A DNA stretch of 64,000 bases, taken from contig NC_087256.1 in the NCBI RefSeq assembly GCF_037042905.1, positions 11,098,001-11,162,000 on the forward strand, read 5' to 3'. The DNA comes from Lytechinus pictus (lineage: Eukaryota). Both the position numbers and the translations under genes were made by a program. The notes beneath the pieces are model-generated. The model had not been told where the DNA came from. It searched no databases and worked only from the letters and a program-made list of their open reading frames with translations. This document shows positions 13,501 through 23,900 of this stretch, in pieces (positions within the stretch are counted from its first letter, which is position 1; every line of letters starts with the position of its first letter).

Positions 13501-14088
13501 AGGTGTCTTTGTGGATGAAAACATGAAGTGGGACTATCACGTAAATTATTTGTGTAAAAACTGGGGAGAATGATTGGTTATATTGCACGGCTAAAGCATT
13601 TTGTAAATTTGTCAGAATTAAAGTTAATATACAACTCAATAATTTTACCTCATTTTGATTATGGTGACATTATCTATCAATCTGCAAACAAATCTCTACT
13701 TGACCAACTTCAAAAAATTCAAAATAGAGCTGAAAGAATAATCTTGAAAATTGACCCCTATTCAGACACTTCAACCTCTCAAATTCATTCTATTCTTGGT
13801 TGGGACACTATTCAAAAGAGACAGTATACTCACTTGATATTATTCATGTATAAGATTTGTAACAACATGTCCACTGAATATATGAAAAATTTTCATACAA
13901 AAGATACTCCTTACCCTCTTAGAAATGAAAATGAAATATGTTTACCCAGACCTAGAACCAATAGTTGTAAAAGATCTTTCTCTTACCGAGCTGCATCTGA
14001 ATTCAACAGAATCCCTTTGTGCGTGCGTAATGTCACCACTTTCAATTCTTTTAAAAATACATTTTTGAAATATATCTGTGCTAAATGA
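10593..14088 (+). pseudogene. LINE ORF2 (PHD finger - APE endonuclease - reverse transcriptase), about 5 frameshifts and a MITE insertion
   Basis: PHD CVLC..CTTC..H..C..CTKC at about 10599-10753; EN motifs HLNVAS, LNETRL, GGGVA, YRPP, GDIN, SDH; RT motifs YRPISIL, QYGFR, DLQKAFD, GVPQGS (shifted frame, about 13174), YADD (13267-78), KYLG. Frameshifts near 11075, 12140, 13170, 13315 and 13565. Confidence 0.92.
11544..11958. mobile_element. PIF/Harbinger-type MITE (415 bp) inserted in LINE ORF2
   Basis: TIRs AGGCGACCGCACACCTTACGA / TCGTAAGGTGTGCGGTGGCCT; TAA TSD at 11541-43 and 11959-61. Excision restores ETYIRYRKSRNVDLESF. Confidence 0.9.
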
Positions 14089-15160
14089 AATTAAACCACT
14101 GATTTGTACCGGGGGAGGGGGAAAGGTGTAGGTTATATGATTTTTCTTTGTTTTTAATGATTTCACTTATATGTCTGATGGTCAACTTTCTTATTTTATG
14201 GTTATCATAGCCTTTTTGTAAGTAAACTGGCTCCATGGAAGACCAGCAGCAATGCATTATTGCAGCTGAATATGGACTACCAGCCGTATAATTTACTTTA
14301 TTTCTTACCTTTTATTATTGTATCTTAACATTGACCTCATCATATCATGTTATATGTATTTGTATGTACTTTGTATCTGTTATTTTATACACGGAAATAA
14401 ACCAAACAAACAAACAAGTAGCATAAACTGAGAGCAATCAACTAGCACAACGCTGAAAATTTCATCAACATCGGATTTTTTAAATATAAAAAAAAACTTA
14501 ACGTTCAATTTAATTTACCTAAACAGATAAAATGCACAGCCTGGTCAGTAGGCATGGTAGGCATGTCATCAAGGAACGAACGAGGTGGCTCATTCACTAT
14601 TTCTTTCGCATTTCATGTATTATAATGGGAAACAAGATGTCACTGAGTAACGATCAGTTTTATAATGGATATTGATTCAATGAAGAGCTTTCTTAACATC
14701 ATATCTGCAAAAAATTAAACATTATATAATTCATATAATAGAATAAAAAGAATACAAAAGAAATTGGTTGTGTGGCAACATCGGTTCTCCCATTTGCATA
14801 CCATCCTTGTTACGCATATAATTGTTTGTTTGAGGTCCATGGTGAAAATATGCAAGATTTTAAAAAGTAATAAATTTTACCTCCCACCAATTACCTCCAC
14901 GTTTCGATTTTGATGAACAATTTCAGCATTATGCTGGTCTGATTTAGATATAATTTTAAGTAAACTTTCTGTAAAGGTGGACTTGACTTTTAACGAACTT
15001 TCACTTCTCTCTTCTAAGAAAATAAATTCTTTGAAGGCTTTTGAAAGGCTTTGTTTGATTAAATTTCCCCTACTGAAAACCTTGATTATTTATTCTTCAA
15101 ACACTTCAAGGGAAAGTTTCTTGTTGATATCAGACTTGTAACTCTGTAATCATTTTAAGA

Positions 15161-16140
15161 GAGTGAAGTTGGCTCAGTCGGTAAAGCGTCTGCCTGTCGA
15201 ACCAAAGGTCATGGGTTTGAGTCCACACCCCGGGCGGATGACTGAAGCCTGCGTTGCGTGTAAACGTCTCTCCCCTATTCAATAGATGCAGGCTATGTTA
15301 CAGTGGAAAGCACTCCGTCCCTCGGATAGGTCGTTAAATGGAGGCCAGTGTAGAGGAGAGTCACCACCTTCGCACGTTGAGAACCCAATGCACTATTCAT
15401 ATAAGAGTAGAGGGAACCAACGGTGTAGTGGTCCGCCTGCACTCCCCAAATCAGTTAAAGGACATGGCAACCCCAACAAAAAGCTGATTTGAATAGAGAG
15501 AGAAAATTCAAACAAGCATGACACTGAAAATTTCATCAAAATCGGATGTAAATTAGGAAAGTTATAATATTCTAAATTTTCGCTTAATTTCACCAAACAG
15601 TTTTATACACATCCTGTTCAATATGCAAATGAGGGGACCGATGACATCACCCACTCACTATTTATTTTGTATTTTATTATATGAAATATGAAATATTTTG
15701 ATTTTATCATCATTGTCATGTGAAACGAAGTTTCATTCCTCCCTGAACACGTGAAATTCCATTATTTTAACATTTTGTGGTTCAGCCAAGGATGTCCTAT
15801 AATTGGCAAATTCGTAAAAATTGAAATATTGTATAATTCTAACAATAAAAAACAAAAGAAATAGTGAGTTAGTGACATCATCGACTCTCTCATTTGCATA
15901 TCACTGAGTTGAGCATAGATCTGTTTTGTGAAAAATAAGCGAAACTTAAAAATATTTTAATTTTCTTATTTTACATCCGATTTTGATGAAGTTTTTAGTG
16001 TTTTCATGTTTGATTTTTCCCTATTTATTTAAATCAACTGTTTTTTGGGGTGGACTTGACCCTTTAATCGGGAGAAGAGATCTGTGGGTCATAGTGATTC
16101 AGTTCGCTTTTCACCTCCCAGGTGACACCAAACAAAAACT
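15161..16140 (+). mobile_element. tRNA-headed SINE with Deu/Nin-like central domain, split by the MITE at 15459-16063
   Basis: A-box TGGCTCAGTCGG, B-box-like GGTTTGAGTCC; CTCGGATAGGTCGTTAAATGGAGG...GCACGTTGAGAACCCAATGCACTATTC..AAGAGTAG resembles the Deu domain as I recall it; the 3' part resumes at 16068. Confidence 0.72.
15459..16063. mobile_element. Same TTAA MITE family, inserted into a SINE
   Basis: TTAA|AGGACATGGCAACCCC ... GGGGTGGACTTGACCCT|TTAA; internal similarity to 8432-9033. Confidence 0.88.
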
Positions 16141-16230
16141 ACTACTAATAAGAACAATAATAATAATAATAATTATAATAATGATAACAATAATGATAAT
16201 AATAACGATATTAATGATAATGATGATTAT
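16141..16230 (+). repeat. Degenerate (AAT)n/(GAT)n microsatellite at a SINE tail
   Basis: aataataataat...gataacaataatgataat. Confidence 0.85.
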
Positions 16231-16940
16231 AAGCAAAACAAAATTAGACCAAGGAATCTTAAGTGAGCAATATTCATACAAAGGACAAGAAATGATGGGG
16301 AAGGGTAAGAGAGGGGTGCAAGATATTACCCTTCACCTGTCTAAATGATCTTTAACAGTGAATCATGAGTCACAATGAAAGTATGACAGAAGAGTAGCTG
16401 ACTAAATTGATGTAATTTCCCCTGAGCCAGATAAGTCGTTATATTTTCTCCGATTCATATACGACACATTCTTCATGATCAAAGAAAACACTGTCATCCC
16501 ATGGACCTATAAGCCTGATCATACCGATACACCATACAAACAGTATTCATTCCCTAACAATAGGTTTATTCTATGAAGAAAAAAAACATGCGATTTAATA
16601 TTTCATAAAAATTGAATTTAAATAAGAAAGTTGAGTTTCGCTTAATATCGCAAACTGGTGGTGTCATATACTAACCATTCCTTTTGTATTTATTTAATTG
16701 AAATTTCAGTTTGACTTCCTCCTTCTATTACATCAAACATGGCTGTACCTCCTAATGGGCCATTAGAGTAAAATCAACATAATTGCAAGTTTAATGTTAT
16801 TTACTGAAGGGATTCCTTTGTATGTTTGTGAACAGATCTCCAAGAATAGATTTCGAAAGGATTTTTTTTTCGTTAATCAGCTAATATCTCTTATTGATAA
16901 ATTATTAATTATCTTCCACACATATGTGAATATGCAGTTT

Positions 16941-17602
16941 AGGATCAAGTTCATCTCAACAAGTGGATTTGAATAGATAGAGATAAATAATTATTAGTTT
17001 TGCTTATTTTCACGAAACAGTGATATACTAATCATTTGCTATATATAAATTACGGGGCTGATGACGTCACGCATTCACAATCGATAATTACATGAATTAT
17101 AACTTCGTAGATAAAGAAACTCGTATAGACTTGATGAATAGTTGTAATGGTTCACTCGTTCCATATTTCAAATGACGAATTACAACAACAAAATTAATGT
17201 GTGACATCCATCGGCTCCCACACTGTAAAAACTGTGATGTTAAAACTAACACCAGTTGGGGGTTAACAGAAGACCACACCCAGAGGTTTTTAAAATTACA
17301 CCCTAGAGATTGAACATAACACCAAAGAGTGTAAATGTAACAACCAAAGGTGTTGTAATAACACCTACAGGTGTTAAACTAACACTGTCAATTAAACACC
17401 GGTGCGAAATAAATGGTGTGGCCCTCTATGTACACCGGTTAACACCACATTTTTTGATGTGCAGGTACACATCTTCACAACATCCATGGTAACCTTTTTA
17501 TTTTATTTTACCTCCCATTTTGATAATATTTTCAGTGTTTTGCTTGTTTGATTTTTCCTCTCAGTTCTCACCACAACTTTTCGTTCGAGGTAAAGTTTGC
17601 CT
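16941..17602. mobile_element. Degenerate copy of the TTAA MITE family, interrupted by a CACT-ended MITE
   Basis: AGGATCAAGTTCATC...GATTTGAATAGATAGAGA left end; TTTTCAGTGTTTTGCTTGTTTGATTTTT...CCT|TTAA right end. Confidence 0.6.
17221..17461. mobile_element. CACT-ended MITE with AACACC/GGTGTT sub-repeats
   Basis: CA|CACTGTAAAAACTGTGATGTTAA ... TTAACACCACATTTTTTGATGTG|CA. Confidence 0.7.
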
Positions 17603-18359
17603 TTAAAACCTGAACATTCACAGATTTTCATAGGTTAAATATGATAATCATGTCGTGTGATTTTTATTTGCAATGAATGTGCTCTTTCTTTTTGAAAATG
17701 ACATAGACTTCCTTTTCCCTTTTCATGTTCGTAAATTATAGTTATGTCCAATTCCCCCTGTTTTTCTATAAAAACTTTCCATAAATACTATCGCGCGACA
17801 CACACCCACACGACCCACGCCCTCGCATAAGCACCCACACACCCTTACTCGTCTGTTTGTGTGTGTCTCTCTCTCCCTCTCTCTTTCTTACTTTACATTC
17901 TACATCTCTCAACTCTCCTTGTCTGTTCTATTTTCCATTTTTTTATTTTACAAAATACGAATATATACCCATATCAAACAATCACACGCGCACAAACCAT
18001 CCCTTACTCATTTTTCTCGTATTGTCAAGTTAGACATGTCTTATTAAATTGTCCATGTTTACGGGCTAGTGGAAAATTTTAACCATAATCATTTAACTTT
18101 AATTATCTATCCAAAACTCATCTCCTGCAATTTATCAATCGGTATCGAATCTCTTCTAGACTAGACTAGATAATACTGAGAGAAAATTAGAAGAGCAAGT
18201 AATATTGTTTCACAGAAAAGTGCGTAATCTCAACCTAGCCCCGATGGCCAACAGTTATATCTCTTTAGTAGACAGTTTTGGAACGAACTACTGGTTTCTA
18301 ATGCCGCCTCAATCATGTTCGGAATTTTAAATACAAGAAATCACTCGGACAATACAACC

Positions 18360-20761
18360 GCAGAATTATATTCAATTGTTTATTGAAATAAACATTATTG
18401 TGTGATATAGTACCAAGTTGTCACTGTACAGAGATAATCAGATTTTACAGTAGATTTAATTGCCTGACATGGCACCATGGCACAATTCAATCGTTCTTAC
18501 TGATCATTTTATATTCAGTAATTCATTATGATTGAAAGTTTTATTTTACAAAGTAGCATTTTTACAGAAATACCAAAATGTTGTACGGTGAATCCAGACA
18601 TGAAGTTTTTGACCGACAACTGAATCATGCATTGCATACTTTGGATTGATGATTGACATGTGACGTCAGCATGAAATGTACAAAAAAAACTGTATGATAC
18701 TTGAGAAAGAAGTCAATATTGTCACTTCATTTCACTTTCATAAACATGTTCTGTTGTTGAAATTTTGAAATGACATACATTCCCTTAATAGAGGGATTTT
18801 ACATCAGTTAATTCTTAACATCGTGGTCTAAATCATTGATGTCTCAAAATTCATCACCTAAGAATCAAATATTACCCGTTCTAATCATACTATCTTTATG
18901 TTGATGTATACCAACAATAATACGACGCTTACTTTTAACGATCTAAAACTCGTTCTAACAGTAATGCATTGGCTGGAATACGAAAGCACAGAGTTTCAGT
19001 CACATAAATGCAGATGTTTTAATTAAAACTTAAGAAGATCCTGGCTTTCTCCGGCAACTACGGTCTTTATATTACAATGTGGAATCTTCAGAAAACACCT
19101 ATATCATTAAACTGGTCTATCTAAAACGAATATTTCGTTATAAACAGGTATGCAGCTCATAGCCGACCGCGTAAAACATACAAAAAAAACACGTGGACAA
19201 TGCTCAAGGTGCTTATACAAATTTATCATGATCATAATGATAGTAATCATAATGACAATAATCATGAAATGCCTTCATTCGTCTTTCTCTTCCACTTCTT
19301 CACTTTATTTTTCGTTGTTGCATATTGTCGCATTAGTTTGAAAAGTTATTTCATGTAATGTGATGCCTATGTTTTTGTTAGAAACTCAAGTTTAATTATG
19401 TTACAAGAAAACGTAAATTAGAATGAGAAAGTATATGAAATTTGAGAAATTATGAAAAGGAATGATATATTTTTTACAGTAAAAGACGATTTCATCCGCA
19501 CGAAGAATCTGTGTCTATCATGCTGATTCGATATCTAAAAATATCTCAGAGATATAAAAGTGATGATAGAGATAACAGAAAAGATTAAGAATGAACGGAC
19601 AAATACATCTGTCTCTGATTTGCCTGAAGAAAACACGAGTTTTAGAATATGAATACCTTTATAAATCACTTCATTGGCTCAGAATGCAAATATCAAAATA
19701 TATTTGAAGTTGTGATATCATAAACTTATACCATAAGAAAGCAACTAAACTCAATTAAGCAAAAGAAACAGAATGAATTATTTATTATGATTTCCAATAA
19801 TGCAACAACTTCAGTGATTGTTATATTTGCAGCAGTATATTTACTGCGGAATTCATAAGTTTTTTCTGTGACGCATTCATAGATCGCGGAAAGAGTGAAC
19901 TAATTTAGTGTTAAAATTTTAATGGTGGTATAACCGGTAACAATTAAGCTTGGAAGTTTTAGAATGTATTTTACATGTTAAAGAATAACAGAGAACACAT
20001 TAAACACACGCGATACACGTATACTGTCTATTCTGTGTTTTTTTTTCCTAACTTGTTCACTATCATCGTAATATTCAAAGTTGTTCTTTGGCGCACCTAT
20101 TCATGAAGGGCGAAGGACTCCTTATTGAACACCAATGACAGGTAATGTGGAAAGCAAACATTTAGGCACCATATAGGTAAAGATCTTCGTATAATTTATC
20201 CTTGGGAGTAAAACCATGACATCTGCAACTTGGATCGGCAGTCTATATCACGAGGAGCGTGTACCGTTCAGTGATGTTTTCAGAGTTCACAAGTGCCATT
20301 TCTAGATTGTGTCCAACGGTTCGTACTGAATGGACATAACATCGCGAGAAGAAGAAACTGTCCGTTTCGTAGATTGTACATACAATACAGAACTGAAGAA
20401 GTCATAACATGCCTGTCTGTACAATCGAATCTCATTGAGTCTCTACGGAACATGGTTGTAGGAGTCGACAAGTCTAACATCGATCACCAGATGTTTCTAA
20501 AATGCTTCGAGCACAGCGGCGCCGAACTTACTTCATCCACTAGTCGCATTCATACAGCATAGTTCATAAGCAGAGACCCAGCGCCACAACAAGAGCGCGA
20601 TGGAACCTTTTATCAAGTCTCTAGGGTTGATAGAGAAAAGGTGGCCTCGGAAGTGCCTAATGTCTACAGAAGAGGACGAGGAGATCTACGTACGCCGTGG
20701 CACATGAGGCTTGGGCGCTCCGATCAAGCAACAAGAAAAGCCACTCTGAGGATACCTTCCA
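18360..20761 (-). other. Hhex: Putative Hhex 3' UTR with candidate AATAAA signals at 19781-86, 19304-09, 18540-45 and 18379-84
   Basis: Non-repetitive sequence after the stop. The distal AATAAA (18379-84) is followed on the minus strand by a GU-rich tract (GCGGTTGTATTGT). The true end is unknown. Confidence 0.4.
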
Positions 20762-20971
20762 TCAAGCATCACGGTCATAATCACTGTCATGGTCAAGGGA
20801 GTCACCATTTGGGATACGATAGTACGCTGTATCTCGACGATCATCCTCGAGGTCGGTCACGGAACCGTTCCTGTTATCACCTAGGGGATGGTGAGATGGT
20901 TGCTGATTCGGTTGATGTGACTTGATCTCGTCGTCCCTCTCATCACCTTCTCCCTTCCCCGTCGGTACTTC
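20762..20971 (-). CDS. Hhex: Hhex exon 4 coding part, acidic C-terminus EVPTGKGEGDERDDE...DHDSDYDRDA*
   Basis: Acceptor ttttgtttattttctcacaatgcag|GAA is phase 0, matching the exon 3 donor. The D/E-rich tail is typical of Hhex. TGA at 20762-20764. Confidence 0.82.
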   Translation of the reverse strand, partial: EVPTGKGEGDERDDEIKSHQPNQQPSHHPLGDNRNGSVTDLEDDRRDTAYYRIPNGDSLDHDSDYDRDA

Positions 20972-23900
20972 CTGCATTGTGAGAAAATAAACAAAAGAAT
21001 CGAGATTAGCAAAGACTGTCAAAAATGGCGCCATGGATGATGGTATTCCTATCCTAATAAGCCCTTCGTAAAACACACCCGAACTTCACGATTCATACAA
21101 CATGCAGGCATATTCCTGTTCTCTGTGCATCGTTTACAGGAAGTCAATAAACCGGTGATAACGATCAACTCTAAATTCCTAATCGTCTTGAAAGATCCAT
21201 GAACGCCACAACCCCTATAGATGATCACACCCATAACGATATTATTTTACGTATGAAACCTAAAATAATCTTTGCGAAATCATCCCAGTCCCTTTTTTTA
21301 TTCTCTCTCCGTATTTCTGTTCAGTTTCAGCCTTGTCCTGTGTATGAATGCGTGAAGTAGGCGGATGCGGATATTTTTCCTTTCTCAAATGGCGTACATC
21401 CCTAAAGGTCGCTCTACTCCTGGGATCATTTCATGAGAAAACTCTCCGTGACTTTCACTGACAACTGTTATAAGCTACTGAAATTCTCCCATCTGATTGG
21501 CGAAGAGCAGATTAGTCAGTTAAAATCACTGAGAAGACTCTTAATGAAATGTTCCCTGGAAGGAGCGTATCCAGAGTTCATCCATGTAAGGTTGAACCTT
21601 TAAGCATGAGACTGAAACAATAGATACATCCAATACGATTCGACTCTTTGTTCCAGGTTCCCAATTCAAGGAGACTTCTAAGAATCAAAGGAAAACAGAT
21701 TTTACATCTGTAAATTCTATAAACATTTAGATTAAAAAAAAGGGGGAATCACCCTGACAACCCTCAACATATTTCCCCGTTCAGTTTGCCTCATCTCATC
21801 TGTCATTCTTGCTTGTAAAAGAGGAGGGGAGAAGCATGAGGAGAGAACGGTACAAGCCTCTGAGCTGTGATTAATAACCTCGAATTATGAGGGGTTTTCA
21901 CGGCCGTAGTCGTGGCAGTGGACCATGACTTTAGGAGTGATAGTCGACGTCTTCATCATCAATGCAAAAGGTCAGTGACGAGGAGGCGAGTGACATGAAT
22001 TTATCGCCTATCATCCTGCGTCCCGCAAGCAGTATCGGGAAGCTCTCGGGGCTCATATCTGTGATACCCCCTTCGGAAGGAAGAGTTATGCTCAGGGATT
22101 TCTTGGATTTTTGGTCGAGGGGAGGGCAAGACGACCCCCATTGGATGCTTAACCCCCCCCAAAAAAAAAAAAAAAATTTTTTTTTTTTTAATCACCGCTT
22201 ATGGTCAATACTTAAACTCTTAAAATATTTGGGCAAAAGATGCCCAACTTTTAACCAACCATGGGCAACATACTGTCAACACAACTATTGGTTAAAATCT
22301 GTCCAAACTGGGTAATAAAAACTAATAATTGGGTAATAAATTTGCTCAATTGGATAATAACTGCACAGAATATATATCTTATTTACCAACATACATTACG
22401 CAACACAGTGGACAGTATGTTGCCCAACATTTTAAGTGTGTACTTGCGGTTGCGTCAGGGAATATCGCAACAGCGACGCATACCGCTTTTAAAAACATAG
22501 AAAATGTATCGTCAAATGCCCTAAATGACAACGAATAACCAAGAAATCTTTGTCGAAAAATGTTGAATCAAAACAGCAGTTTCGTCCTGGAGTTAAAATA
22601 ACGACGTGTTTGCGATTGTTCGTCAGCTCCGCAAATTAGGACGAAGCAGCTGTTCCTTTTTACCAATTTTATACAAAGAAATCCCAGCTTTTCTTTGTCA
22701 TTTGACGGCCATCTTCAATAGATTTACTGTTATCTTGAATCTGTCGTGCGTTGTAAAATCGAAACTCCCTAATGTGGTAATCACTGACGTAATATTTAGA
22801 CCATATACAAAGATTGCACGAGTCATGGTGAACATAATGATACAGCAACGATTTCTGATCACGAGATGGTGTATCAAGGGCGTTTATTTTAATATTATGT
22901 TATTTCACTAGTTTTAGCACTAAGATTGATGATAATCACGAAAAAAGAATTTCATAAGTAGGATCAACTGTCTGTGTTTATTTTGTTTTCAAAAGATTTT
23001 TGAAGCGATCATCTCGCACATGCTATCAGAGATTGAAGCAGACCTCCATCTCGTATCATGGACCTATACTAGGTCCATGCTCCTACCCACTCAATTACTT
23101 TTTTCAGTGGCGGCAATACCCAGAAGCTTGGAAAACTAAATTAAATCGAAAGGACAACTGAAATGAAGGGAGAAAATCATAAACTTGAGTATCACAGTCA
23201 ACCACTCTACAAGGGAAAATTGAATCAATTAAGAAGTTATAAAGAGTAATTAAACACCAAAACTGGTACCGCGCACTAACCTCTCATCGACTGCCAATGA
23301 AAATTCGAGTCTTCAGATTGCTCTCTTCATAAAAGAATCGTCGATCCTGTATTTTCTTGGATCATTCCTACATTTTTCTTATCTTTCCGACGACCTGATA
23401 CTAATTACAAGCAAGGGTTTTATTTGTAGTGGGTAAATGGTTTGCTATACACACCCATTTATGATTTCTAAGTACACATACTTAAGACCAAACCTCAAGG
23501 AGACAGCCCCAAATGAGCTTCTCGAAATACGCTACTCTAATTTGAAAGGTATTTACTGACGATAATCGCATGAGTGCAATTTAGAATCTCGGCTGGAGTG
23601 TTCTAAGTGCTACCAATTTAGGTGAGCTCTTGATATTAGATACTCATTTATCTAAAATTAATGTTTTTTGGTTGTGTGATGTATTTACAGCAGCCTGTGT
23701 TTGTGTTGATACAATCGCCGAAGGAAGCATCGTAATTCGGTTGGCGCAAAGAGTCCACTCATCGGCAATTTTTCTTTTGGATTCACCATGATGGAAAAGT
23801 ACTTGACGCGAGATTGGACTAAGGTGCAAACGGATTTCCCGCCATTAAAACAGTGTCGTCTGCAGTCACATAAAAACGTTCACTTTTACGATTCTTAATG

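Larger units (their letters stand above)
9436..14417 (+). mobile_element. CR1/L2-clade (Crack-like) non-LTR retrotransposon, probably 5'-truncated, degenerate
   Basis: ORF1 with coiled-coil plus EQYSRRNCLVFHGL/RSHRLG motifs; ORF2 fragments with PHD, APE endonuclease and RT; 3' UTR stem-loop at about 14229-14285; AATAAA at 14396 and a (CAAA)n tail. Confidence 0.92.
9423..14989. mobile_element. TTAA-type (Kolobok-like) MITE split by the LINE: left stub 9423-9435, body 14418-14989
   Basis: AGGCCAAGTCCAC at 9423 matches the family TIR AGGTCAAGTCCAC. After the LINE tail the family body resumes (CTAGCACAACGCTGAAAATTTCATC) and ends GTGGACTTGACTT+TTAA. Confidence 0.7.

Noticed and set aside
17221-17461. 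Periodic AACACC/GGTGTT motifs resembling an array (also 31972-32213)
   Set aside because: Irregular sub-terminal repeats of CACT-ended MITEs; no constant repeat-spacer structure and a eukaryotic context, so not CRISPR.
20293-20925. Plus-strand ORFs of 89 and 94 aa antisense to Hhex exon 4 and the 3' UTR
   Set aside because: GTG starts, no recognisable domain, and length explained by locally higher GC.
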